Shown here: one piece after another, positions 16,985 through 25,533 of the stretch
Layout: the number at the start of each line of letters is the position of its first letter
Position numbering within the stretch: the first letter of the stretch is position 1
IMG/VR virus record: IMGVR_UViG_3300036805_000175
Coordinates: 1 to 64,000 of that record
Direction: 5' to 3' (one strand)
Origin: a virus
Lineage: Duplodnaviria > Caudoviricetes
DNA: 64,000 nucleotides
Made by a program: the position numbers and the translations under genes
The notes under the pieces: generated by a model
The model's input: the letters and a program-made list of their open reading frames with translations, nothing else
The model's database searches: none
Told to the model about the DNA's origin: nothing

Positions 16985-18298
16985 ATGGGCCTGGTCTCCG
17001 GGGCCGCCGCAGCGCCGGGCACCGCCCTGATGGTCCCCGGGACGGGGGTCACGCAGGCGCAGGCCCGCGAACTGTGGGGCATCTCCAACCCGATGGACCT
17101 GGTGCCGCGGCGGCAGGCCGCGGGCGCCCCGCTGCCGGTGGTGAACGAGGACACGGCGCTGCGCAACAGCGCGGTGTGGGCGTGCCTGCGGATGCGCGCC
17201 GACCTGATCTCCACCTTCCCGGTCAACGTCTTCCGGATGGTGCGCCAGGGCGACGGGTCCAGCGTGCCCGTGTCGGTCCCCACGCCGCGGGTGCTGGCCA
17301 GCCCTGACGGCCCGGGGTCGCTGTGGCCGCAGTGGTGCTTCGCGTCGCAGTGGGACCTGGACCGGACCGGCAACAGCATCGGCCTGATCACCGAGCGCGA
17401 CGGCAACGGGCTGCCCACGGTGATCGAGCTGCAGTCCGCCACGTCGGTGTCGGTGCTGATGAACTACCGCAAGAAGATCGTGGGCTACCGGATCGCCGGG
17501 AACATCTACGACCCGGCCGACGTGTGGCACGAGAAGCAGTTCGTGGTCGGCGGCTTCCCGCTCGGCCTGTCCCCGGTCGCCTACGCCGCCTGGCAGGCGC
17601 TGTCCCGGGCGATGACCATCGACCAGTTCGCCATCGGCTGGTTCGCCGGCGGCGGCGTGCCGCGGGCGCGGCTGCGCAACCTGAACAAGCCCATCCCCGG
17701 CGCCGAGGCCGACGTCGTGAAGGAAGCCTGGCTGGCGAGCATCGCCACCGGGGAGCCGTTCGTGCACGGCACCGACTGGGAGTACGACCTGCTGCAGGCC
17801 AACGAGGCCGGCTCGTCGTGGCTGGACGCGCAGAAGGCCGGCGTGGTGGACGTGGCCCGGTACTTCGGCTGCCCGGCCGACCTGATCGACGCGGCCGTCA
17901 CCGGCGCCGCCCGGATCACCTACGCCAACGTCGCGCAGCGGCACGTGCAGCTGCTGGTGCTCAACATCGGCCCGGCCGTGGTCCGCCGGGAGGCGGCCCT
18001 GTCCACGCTGGTGCAGGCACCGCGGTACGTGAAGCTGAACACCAAGGCGCTGATGCGGCTCGACCCGCTGACCCAGGCGCAGATGCTGGACCTGCTGGTG
18101 CGCGGCAAGCAGCTCGCCCCGTCGGAGGCGCGCGAGTTCGACGACCGGCCGCCGTTCACCCAGGCGCAGATCGACGAGCTGGACCACTTCTTCCCGCCCA
18201 CCGCGCCGCCGCTGGCCCCGGCCCCGGTGGACGGCGTGCCGCAGGCCCCCTACAGCGAGCCGGTCACCGGGCCGGGCACCGCGCCGGGCGAACCCTAG
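16985..18298 (+). CDS. HK97-family portal protein
   Basis: SAVWACLRMRADLISTFP, GNSIGLI, GLSPV, VARYFGCPADLID, TYANV. Confidence 0.93.
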   Translation: MGLVSGAAAAPGTALMVPGTGVTQAQARELWGISNPMDLVPRRQAAGAPLPVVNEDTALRNSAVWACLRMRADLISTFPVNVFRMVRQGDGSSVPVSVPTPRVLASPDGPGSLWPQWCFASQWDLDRTGNSIGLITERDGNGLPTVIELQSATSVSVLMNYRKKIVGYRIAGNIYDPADVWHEKQFVVGGFPLGLSPVAYAAWQALSRAMTIDQFAIGWFAGGGVPRARLRNLNKPIPGAEADVVKEAWLASIATGEPFVHGTDWEYDLLQANEAGSSWLDAQKAGVVDVARYFGCPADLIDAAVTGAARITYANVAQRHVQLLVLNIGPAVVRREAALSTLVQAPRYVKLNTKALMRLDPLTQAQMLDLLVRGKQLAPSEAREFDDRPPFTQAQIDELDHFFPPTAPPLAPAPVDGVPQAPYSEPVTGPGTAPGEP

Positions 18299-18405
18299 AG
18301 CGGCCCGGCTCCCGGCTTTCACCACGTCCTCCGGGAGTTCTGGCCCTCCGGCCGGCCCGGGCCGCCTGAACGTCAACCCTATCCCCGGCACTTCGAGGGA
18401 GAACC

Positions 18406-19791
18406 ATGCACGGCTCCGACTGCGGCTGCGCCGACCGCGCCAACGGGCACAACCCGGACAGCATCGACTACCGGGCGTCCGTGGACAACTCGGCGTGGGA
18501 CGGCCCGGCGGCCATGTCGGGCTGCTCGAACTCCGGCACCCCGGCGTCGTGCTTCGGGTCCATCTGCGCCGGCAAGAAGGCTGGCGACACCGCCACCCAG
18601 GACGCGTGGGCGCTGCCGCACCACAAGCACCCCGGCGACCCGCCGAACGCCGCCGGGGTGCAGAACAGCCTGTCCCGGCTGCCGCAGACCCAGGGGCTGA
18701 CCAACGCCGCCGCGGCCAAGGCGCACCTGCAGGCGCACATGAAGGCCATCAACCCGGACTACGCCGGCGACGCCGCGGAACCGCCGCAGGCCGGGCCGCC
18801 CGCGCGTGCTGACGCCCGGGCGCGGGCACGGGCGGGCGTCCGGGAGTCGCGGCGGGACATCATGCCGAAGGTGGCCGCGGCCCGGGCCGCGTGGGCCAAC
18901 GACGGCCAGCACCACGCCCGCCGGGAGGCACCCAACCCGGGCGGGCGCACCCAGGGGTTCGGCTCCAAACTGCGCGCCGTCGCGGCGATGAAGGACGGCG
19001 GCCAGTTCTACGAGCTCGAGGGCACCGCGTCCGTGGTGGACCAGCCGTACGAGATGTATGACATGTTCGGCCCCTACGACGAGGTGATCACCAAGGGCAG
19101 CTTCGACGCCTCGCTGGCCACCGACGGCCTGGACGTGGCGTTCCTGCTCAACCACAAGGGCGTCACGATGGCCCGCACCACCAACGGCACCCTGTCGCTG
19201 TGGGCCAGCCCCGATCTCGCCGTCCGGGCCTACGTCAACGCCGGCCGGGCCGACGTCCGGGACATGGTGTCGGCCATCGCCGATGAGCTGATCACCGAGA
19301 TGAGCTTCGCGTTCTGGCTGCGCGGCGGCGAGTGGTCCGACGACTACATGACGTTCACCATCGACGAGGCCGACATCAACCGGGGCGACGTGTCCGCGGT
19401 CAACTACGGCGCCAACCCGTACACGTCCATCGCCGCCCGCACCGCCGAGCTGCTCGACGCGGTGGACCGGATGCCCGCCGGGCTGGCCCGGGAGATGACC
19501 GAGCGGCTCGCCGCCCGGCCGGACCTCACCGACCCGCGGATCGGCTGGGAACCCCCACAGGCCCGCGGGGACACGCCGGAGCAGCTGCGCGACGCCCTGC
19601 ACAGGCACGTCATCGGCTACCGGGTGGGCGGCAAGGTGCACGCCCCCACCGACGTGGACCTGGTGACCGACTGGGCCGACGCCGGCGTGCCGGACGACGT
19701 GTTCCCGGTGCCCGGAGGCGAGGCGAAGACCGGGCTGAGCGTGCAGATGCTCGCGCTGCAGCTCGAGTCCGACGACGACCTCGACCACTAG
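18406..19791 (+). CDS. HK97-type prohead protease with N- and C-terminal extensions
   Basis: LEGTASVVDQPY...EVITKGSFDASL...FLLNHKG...MARTTNGTL...EMSFAF...DVSAVNYGANPYTS. Confidence 0.88.
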   Translation: MHGSDCGCADRANGHNPDSIDYRASVDNSAWDGPAAMSGCSNSGTPASCFGSICAGKKAGDTATQDAWALPHHKHPGDPPNAAGVQNSLSRLPQTQGLTNAAAAKAHLQAHMKAINPDYAGDAAEPPQAGPPARADARARARAGVRESRRDIMPKVAAARAAWANDGQHHARREAPNPGGRTQGFGSKLRAVAAMKDGGQFYELEGTASVVDQPYEMYDMFGPYDEVITKGSFDASLATDGLDVAFLLNHKGVTMARTTNGTLSLWASPDLAVRAYVNAGRADVRDMVSAIADELITEMSFAFWLRGGEWSDDYMTFTIDEADINRGDVSAVNYGANPYTSIAARTAELLDAVDRMPAGLAREMTERLAARPDLTDPRIGWEPPQARGDTPEQLRDALHRHVIGYRVGGKVHAPTDVDLVTDWADAGVPDDVFPVPGGEAKTGLSVQMLALQLESDDDLDH

Positions 19792-19870
19792 CACCCCCCC
19801 CCCCGCAAGCCCACCCGCGCCCAGCGGGTGAACCGCCGCGCGATCCGCGTGGCGTGCAGTGCCGCCGCGC

Positions 19871-19948
19871 CGCCAGTCAGAGCGGCTGCGGCTCGTACCC
19901 GCCAGTCAGAGCGGGCAAGTCACCCGCCCGGGCCGCCAGTCAGAGCGG
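19871..19948 (+). repeat. Three perfect 15-bp direct repeats CGCCAGTCAGAGCGG upstream of the capsid gene
   Basis: Copies at 19871-19885, 19900-19914 and 19934-19948. Confidence 0.9.
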
Positions 19949-20004
19949 CCCCGGTGCCAGACGGCACGAACCTCACCGTTCACAACGCCCAGGAAGGCAC
20001 CGCA

Positions 20005-21522
20005 GTGAATCCCACCATCGACAGCCTGCTCGCGCAGGCCGAGGTCGAGAAGGAAGCCGCCGAGCACCGCCGTCAGCGGGCCCGCGCCGAGATCACCTAC
20101 ATCATCAACGCCGCCAACTCCGAGGGCCGCTCCCAGCTGAGCCCCGAAGAGGAGCAGAAGGCGTCCGACGCCCGCAAAGCCCGCGACCAGGCCCGCAAGG
20201 ACATCGCCGGCATCGAGGGCAAGATCGCCAACCTGCGTGATCTGCAGGCCGAGGAGAGCGAGTACGCCTCGGCGCAGCAGCGCACCCAGGCCGCCGGGCA
20301 GCCCATCGCCACCGAGCGTGGCGGCGACCCGGGCCGGGCCGGCGGCGGCGACGCGCCGCACTCCACCGGCGGCCAGGGCGGCCAGCGGGCGCCCGCCTAC
20401 GACCAGGTGCACCGGGTCGGCGCCGAGGCGCGCACCTACACCAGGGGCTCGGACCCGAACGGGCGGCAGTTCCTGATGGACGTGTGCCGGGCGCACATCC
20501 TGTCCGACCCGGCCGCGCAGGCCCGGCTGTCCCGGCACATGGCCGAGGAGCGGGTCGAGCGGACCGCCGAGCAGATGCAGCGCGCGGCCGGCGACAGCAC
20601 CACCGGCAACTGGGCCGGGCTGACCGTGCCGCAGTACCTGACCGACATGTACGCGCCGGTCGCCCGGGCGCTGCGCCCGTTCGCCGACATCTGCAACAAG
20701 CACCCGCTGCCCGCCAACGGCATGGCGCTGGACATCTCCCGGATCACCACCGGCACCGCGGTGACCCAGCAGGTGAACGAGCTCGACAACGCCTTCCAGC
20801 AGAGCGCGGACGACACGCTGCTGACCGTCCCCGTGCTCACCGCGGCCGGGCAGCAGAAGGTGTCCCGGCAGGCCATCGACCGGGGCACCGGCATCGAGGA
20901 CGTGCTGATGCAGGACCTGTTCGCCGCGTACGCCACGTCGCTGGACAACCAGCTCATCACCACCGCGAGCACGGGCCTGTCGGCGGTGGCGAACACCGTC
21001 ACGGCCAACACCACCACCAACCAGGTCCAGTCGGCCTACTCCAAGATCCTCGGTGCCATGTCCGGGGTGGAGGCGGCCCTGCTCAACATGGGCTACCCGA
21101 CGCACGCGGTCATGCACTCCCGCCGGTGGTACTGGTTCGCCTCCCAGCAGGTGAGCACGTTCCCGTTCGTGCAGCAGCCGGGGATGCCGTTCAACGCGAC
21201 CGGCGCCGCCGAGCCCGCCAGCCACTACAACAGCGGCGTCCGGGGGCACCTGCCGATCGGGCTCGAGGTCGTGGTGGACAACAACCTCGCCACCAACCTC
21301 GGCGCCGGCACCAACCAGGACGAGATCTACGTCGTCCCGGACCGGGAATGCCATTTGTGGGAGGATCCCTCGGCCCCTCTTTATATTCGTGCCGATCAGC
21401 CGGCGGCCCCGAGCCTCGGAGTTCTTTTGGTCACGTACGGTTACTTTGCCTTTACTTTTGCACGCTATTCCGGTGCAATCCAGAAAGTTTCTGGCACGGC
21501 ATTGTCTGTACCTGTGTTTTAA
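20005..21522 (+). CDS. Major capsid protein (HK97 fold, N-terminal coiled delta domain)
   Basis: GTG start after AGGAAGG; coiled N-term; GLTVPQYLTDMY, VSRQAIDRG, DLFAAYATSLDNQ. Confidence 0.9.
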   Translation: MNPTIDSLLAQAEVEKEAAEHRRQRARAEITYIINAANSEGRSQLSPEEEQKASDARKARDQARKDIAGIEGKIANLRDLQAEESEYASAQQRTQAAGQPIATERGGDPGRAGGGDAPHSTGGQGGQRAPAYDQVHRVGAEARTYTRGSDPNGRQFLMDVCRAHILSDPAAQARLSRHMAEERVERTAEQMQRAAGDSTTGNWAGLTVPQYLTDMYAPVARALRPFADICNKHPLPANGMALDISRITTGTAVTQQVNELDNAFQQSADDTLLTVPVLTAAGQQKVSRQAIDRGTGIEDVLMQDLFAAYATSLDNQLITTASTGLSAVANTVTANTTTNQVQSAYSKILGAMSGVEAALLNMGYPTHAVMHSRRWYWFASQQVSTFPFVQQPGMPFNATGAAEPASHYNSGVRGHLPIGLEVVVDNNLATNLGAGTNQDEIYVVPDRECHLWEDPSAPLYIRADQPAAPSLGVLLVTYGYFAFTFARYSGAIQKVSGTALSVPVF

Positions 21523-21584
21523 TCCTTAACCACTCCGTCATTCTAGAGTGGCTATTCTTCGCGCAATTCTTAGTCGCTTTCCCG

Positions 21585-21645
21585 TGGTACAATTAGCGGA
21601 GCCAGCGAACGGCTCCCGGCCGGGATGTGCCCCGGCCCGGGAGCC
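21585..21645 (+). promoter_or_regulatory. Extended -10 promoter and GC hairpin preceding the EndoVII gene
   Basis: TGGTACAAT at 21585-21593; hairpin GGCTCCCGG-CCGGG...CCCGG-C-CCGGGAGCC at 21611-21645. Confidence 0.5.
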
Positions 21646-21678
21646 TGCCGACCACCCGATCGAGACTCGGAGGCCGAC

Positions 21679-22359
21679 GTGCCCAGGGTACTGCAGCCCG
21701 CTACCTGTCCCTCGTGCGATGGCGAGTTTCTGCCAGCAGACCGCCTCGCGAAAGTGTCTGCCCAGGTCTACTGCTCACTCCAGTGCCGGGCGCGGTACAA
21801 GATCAGGCGGCGTAGCAGGTGCGCCCGCTGTAAGACCCGCAAGATCGAACGCGGTTCCTACTGCCGTCCCTGCCAGCGGGCCTACGATCAGGAGAATAAA
21901 GCCCGGTTCCGGCCCACCTGTGCAGCCTGCGGTGCCCTGCGGGAAAGCAATGCTAGCCATCCGTCCTACTGCCGGGCCTGCATAAGCGTAAAACGGGCCT
22001 CGGCAAAGCGGTGGCGGAAAACATGCAGGACCTGCGGGAAGTTGCGTGAGGACAGTTCGCATCCGTCCTATTGCCGTGCCTGCCAGTGGGCGGCATGGCT
22101 CCGGCAGAAATACAAGATCACGCTGGAAGAGTTCGCAGCTAAGGTGGCCGAGCAGGATGGCCGGTGTCCCATCGATGGCGAGATGCTGGACGTGAGCCTG
22201 GACGCGATGACTGGCCGCCGCAAGACCCGCGTGGATCACGACCACAGGACTGGCCGGTTCCGGGGCATCACGTGCCACCGCCACAACATCGGCATGGGCT
22301 ACTTCGCCGACGACCCGGCGCTGCTGCGGGCGGCGGCCAGCTACCTGGAGACGGCGTGA
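21679..22359 (+). CDS. Free-standing endonuclease VII-family (HNH) homing endonuclease with Zn-finger repeats
   Basis: YKITLEEF...QDGRCPI...VDHDHRTGRFRGITCHRHNIGMGYFADDP; tandem CxxCG...HPSYCRAC repeats. Confidence 0.88.
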   Translation: MPRVLQPATCPSCDGEFLPADRLAKVSAQVYCSLQCRARYKIRRRSRCARCKTRKIERGSYCRPCQRAYDQENKARFRPTCAACGALRESNASHPSYCRACISVKRASAKRWRKTCRTCGKLREDSSHPSYCRACQWAAWLRQKYKITLEEFAAKVAEQDGRCPIDGEMLDVSLDAMTGRRKTRVDHDHRTGRFRGITCHRHNIGMGYFADDPALLRAAASYLETA

Positions 22360-22533
22360 TAGCTGAGATCGTGGGTGGCCAGTTCGACGGCTCCCAATAC
22401 ATGCTGCCCTCTGGTGTGTATCCGGGCTCCACGATCGTCACGATTGAGCGCGACGGCCAGATCTGTGAACGTGGAGCCCGCTACCTGCCTCGCTGATTAC
22501 GCCATCCATCCTCCCGGACAGGAGATCCTGCAA

Positions 22534-22875
22534 GTGACCGCAACGCCGCTCTTGAGCTATGAGCTGATCACCGAGGACGTGCGCATACCCGCATCCGGGA
22601 ACACCTGGACCCCCAGTACTGCCGGTATCATCGTGGACCTGGACATTCCGGCCGACGGTTTCGTCGCCGGCTCCGGCGTCATCGTCCTGCAGGTGCTCAA
22701 CACCTCCGGCGATATGGTTGATGTCACCGATTATGAGACGGTCGCGGCGGCGGGTGACGTACACACGCACAGCGGCCCGCACCCCACCGACTCGGCCAAA
22801 TGGCGATTCCAGATTTACGCTGACGAGCAGATTCCTCTCGTGCACCTCTGGATGACCGTTCTCACCGGTCCCTAG
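22534..22875 (+). CDS. Hypothetical beta-rich protein (lower GC3)
   Basis: ORF 22375-22875; start uncertain (22471 or 22534). Confidence 0.5.
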   Translation: MTATPLLSYELITEDVRIPASGNTWTPSTAGIIVDLDIPADGFVAGSGVIVLQVLNTSGDMVDVTDYETVAAAGDVHTHSGPHPTDSAKWRFQIYADEQIPLVHLWMTVLTGP

Positions 22876-22877
22876 CC

Positions 22878-23429
22878 GTGAGGCTGGTCCGCTCCTGGCC
22901 GGCCGACGTGCCGGGCCACCATCCCCGCGTCGTCGACGGCCTGGAGCGGGTCATCACGGACGGCCCGGACTACCGGCCGCTGGCGGGGATCGATGACGAC
23001 CTGATCCACCTGGACTGGGACATGGCCGTCTGCCCGGAGGACCTGGCCCACTTCGCCGCGCACGCCCGCGAGGACCCCGGCGCGGTGCTCGTGGGCCCGT
23101 ACAGGATGTACGCGGGCAGCCTGCAGGGTGCCCGGCCGCGCGGGCTGGCCGCCGATGAGTGGGCGATGCGCCGGTACTGCGCCGGGCCGGCGGGCGCGGA
23201 GACGGCGATGCGGCACATCACCCCCGGCGACGGGGCGTGCCACCTGTTCGGGTTCGGCATGGTGTACTTCCCGGCCGGGCTGCTCGCAAAATTCTGTGCG
23301 GCGTTCCCGGGGGAGCCGCTGACCGACATCGGCTGGTCCGGCTGGCACAACCGCAACGTGAGCTATGAGGCGCGGCTGTGCTGGCACGTCCACCCGGTGC
23401 ACCTGAACTTCCCCCCGCCGTCGCTGTGA
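22878..23429 (+). CDS. Putative minimal GT-A-fold glycosyltransferase
   Basis: DDDLIHLDWDMAV (DxD after a beta strand), CHLFGFGMVYFP, DIGWSGWH...VHPVHL. Confidence 0.45.
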   Translation: MRLVRSWPADVPGHHPRVVDGLERVITDGPDYRPLAGIDDDLIHLDWDMAVCPEDLAHFAAHAREDPGAVLVGPYRMYAGSLQGARPRGLAADEWAMRRYCAGPAGAETAMRHITPGDGACHLFGFGMVYFPAGLLAKFCAAFPGEPLTDIGWSGWHNRNVSYEARLCWHVHPVHLNFPPPSL

Positions 23430-23493
23430 CCCCTTTGAGAGTGCAGGCTCCGGTAGGGTCTGCCGTAATGGCCATCACCGATGGGAGTGAGCC

Positions 23494-23712
23494 ATGAGCA
23501 CCGACCGGGCCGAGCATCTCGCGGACGAGCTGGCCGACGCGGAGACCGACGGTCGCAGCACGGACGCGCAGCGGATCGCCAAGCACGCCGAGGCCGAGCG
23601 GGAAGCCGCCGGCCGTGACCGCGGCGAGGCCGCCGCCGAGCGCGAGCAGCAGACCCGCAGCCGCCACACGCCGCCGAAGGGCCGCCGCCGCGCCGCCCCC
23701 GGCAGCACGTGA
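23494..23712 (+). CDS. Small charged capsid-associated protein
   Basis: GGGAG RBS; charged helical; ends PPKGRRR. Confidence 0.55.
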   Translation: MSTDRAEHLADELADAETDGRSTDAQRIAKHAEAEREAAGRDRGEAAAEREQQTRSRHTPPKGRRRAAPGST

Positions 23713-24098
23713 CCCCAGCGACCGCTGTGACCGAGTTCAAAATCGCCCAGCAGGCCAGCCCGGGGGAACGGTACGCGCCTGCCGCGTTCGATGCCCAGGT
23801 GGGCACCGGGATCCCGCTGAACCTGTACGGTGCCAAGGTCGCCACCGCCACCCTGACCGCCGCTGACGTGTCCGGGGACGGCACGTCGGTGCTGCTGACG
23901 CTGGACCTGGACGACACCGAGAACACCCGCCGCGGCGACCTGGCCCGCACGGTGCTGGAGATGATCCGCGGCGGTGGCCTGCCGTCCGCGTCGTTCCGGC
24001 TCCCCGGTGGTGTCACCCTGCACCCGCGCGAGGCGCAGGAGTACACCCACATCGAGGACGGTCCCGGCCCCGGCGCGCGCAAGGACGGGCTGACGTGA
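23709..24098 (+). CDS. Hypothetical protein
   Basis: GTGA-coupled ORF. Confidence 0.55.
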   Translation: MTPATAVTEFKIAQQASPGERYAPAAFDAQVGTGIPLNLYGAKVATATLTAADVSGDGTSVLLTLDLDDTENTRRGDLARTVLEMIRGGGLPSASFRLPGGVTLHPREAQEYTHIEDGPGPGARKDGLT

Positions 24099-24406
24099 CC
24101 CAGCCGCAGCCGGCCGGGCCGCCGCTGCTCGACCCGGGCAACCGGTGGATCACCCCGGAGCAGTGCGACCTGACCACCGGCCGCATGTACCTGACCGATA
24201 ACGCGACCGGGCTGCGGACTGAGTACGCGGTGCTGACGTTCCGGGCTGGCAACTCCACGATGACCCTGCTCGTCACGAAGGACGAGCTGCGGTCGTGGAT
24301 CGGCTCCCTGCGGGAGACGCACGGCAAGATGAGCAGCGTCGCCATCGCCACCCCGGGCGGCCCGCCGGTGCCACTGCCGGACGGGCTGCGCAAGGGCCGT
24401 GGCTGA
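24095..24406 (+). CDS. Hypothetical protein
   Basis: GTGA-coupled ORF. Confidence 0.55.
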   Translation: MTQPQPAGPPLLDPGNRWITPEQCDLTTGRMYLTDNATGLRTEYAVLTFRAGNSTMTLLVTKDELRSWIGSLRETHGKMSSVAIATPGGPPVPLPDGLRKGRG

Positions 24407-24548
24407 CGAGCCCGCCCCGCAGGGCACCCGCACCGAGACCACCGTGCGCACCTACGACGCGGACGGTGAGCTGACCGGCGAGACCGTCACCACCGTGACC
24501 AAGACCGAGCCGGAGCCTGAGGGCAAGCGGCCCGGGTTCTACCTGTAG
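24399..24548 (+). CDS. Small Thr-rich hypothetical protein
   Basis: MADEPAPQGTRTETTVRTYDADGELTGETVTTVTK..., translated manually. Confidence 0.45.
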   Translation: MADEPAPQGTRTETTVRTYDADGELTGETVTTVTKTEPEPEGKRPGFYL

Positions 24549-24592
24549 CGAGTCATTGCCCGCGCTCGGCTACTGAGGGAAAGGCCGCACTG

Positions 24593-25051
24593 ATGGCGCT
24601 CACCGCTCACGTCTTCCCGCAGTTCATCATCGGCATGAACGCGGGCAACATCGAGTTCGGGTCCGGCACATTCAAGGTGGCGCTCGGCAATGCCGCCGGG
24701 CCCATCACCCTGGCCACGGCCGGGATCTCCACGGCCACCCTGTTCACCGACTGGACGGCGATCGTGCCGGAGATCACCGGCACCGGCTACACCGCCGGCG
24801 GTGCCACGGTCTCCAGCCCCACGTTCACCGCCGGCGGCAGCAACGACAGCGTGGCCACGTGGACGACCGCGACGAACCCGTCGTGGTCCGGGGCAACGTT
24901 CACCGCCAACCAGGCCGTGTTCTACAAGTCGTCGGCGACCACGAACCAGCTGATCTGTTTCTGGGACTTCGGCGGCGCCGTCTCGGTGACCAGTTCCACG
25001 TTCACGCTGACGATCGCCGGCACCGGCATCCTGACCGCCACCGCGTCCTGA
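24593..25051 (+). CDS. Putative virion structural protein (widespread EITGTGYTAGG family)
   Basis: FKVAL...EITGTGYTAGGATV...LICFWDFGG...TFTLT. Confidence 0.65.
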   Translation: MALTAHVFPQFIIGMNAGNIEFGSGTFKVALGNAAGPITLATAGISTATLFTDWTAIVPEITGTGYTAGGATVSSPTFTAGGSNDSVATWTTATNPSWSGATFTANQAVFYKSSATTNQLICFWDFGGAVSVTSSTFTLTIAGTGILTATAS

Positions 25052-25064
25052 GAAAGGCAGCCTG

Positions 25065-25529
25065 ATGAGCGACCACATCTACGAGGGCGCCTGGACCTAC
25101 ACCTCCGGTGCCGCCGCGCACGCCATCGGTGAGATCATCCCGGCGTCGCTGGCCACCGGGAAGCGGCCCCCGGAGATCCGCGAGATCGGGGTCTTCAACC
25201 AGTCCGGCGTGGGTGCCCAGATTGGCCTCGGCCGCCCGGCAGCGATCGGTGTGACGCCGGGCACGCAGACCACCGTGCAGGCCGGGAACAGCATCGACAC
25301 TATCGCTGGCAACACGGTCATCGCCGCCTCGTGGGGCACCGCACCCACAACCCCGACGACGTTCATGCGCCGGGCCGACCTGCAGGCCGTGGCGGGCGCG
25401 GGCGTGATCTGGACGTGGCTGCCGGGTGAGTTCGTGCTGTGGTCGGGCGCGTCCATCAGCACGCTCGTCCTCTGGCAGCTATCCACGCTGGCGGTAACTT
25501 TCGACCTCTACTGCAAGGTAGCGGAGTGA
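25065..25529 (+). CDS. Putative virion structural protein
   Basis: Beta-rich Thr/Ala/Gly composition; GAAAGG RBS. Confidence 0.55.
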   Translation: MSDHIYEGAWTYTSGAAAHAIGEIIPASLATGKRPPEIREIGVFNQSGVGAQIGLGRPAAIGVTPGTQTTVQAGNSIDTIAGNTVIAASWGTAPTTPTTFMRRADLQAVAGAGVIWTWLPGEFVLWSGASISTLVLWQLSTLAVTFDLYCKVAE

Positions 25530-25533
25530 TTTA

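Noticed and set aside
19794-19804. C11 homopolymer as a phase-variation switch
   Set aside because: It lies after the protease stop in non-coding DNA and is not in an evident promoter spacer; length may also be a sequencing artefact.
19871-19948. Mini-CRISPR array interpretation of the 15-bp repeats
   Set aside because: Repeats (15 bp) and spacers (14 and 19 bp) are too short and uneven, and no cas genes are present; kept only as a regulatory repeat.
14352-21354. Long antisense ORFs (14352-16637, 16550-18391, 18379-19794, 19906-21354, also 32247-33767, 36097-37548, 39142-40281)
   Set aside because: Shadow ORFs of high-GC3 genes on the opposite strand; no recognisable motifs.
21346-21522. 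Diversity-generating retroelement variable region at the capsid 3' end
   Set aside because: No reverse transcriptase or template repeat in the window; the changes are mainly T-ending synonymous codons, not A-to-N.
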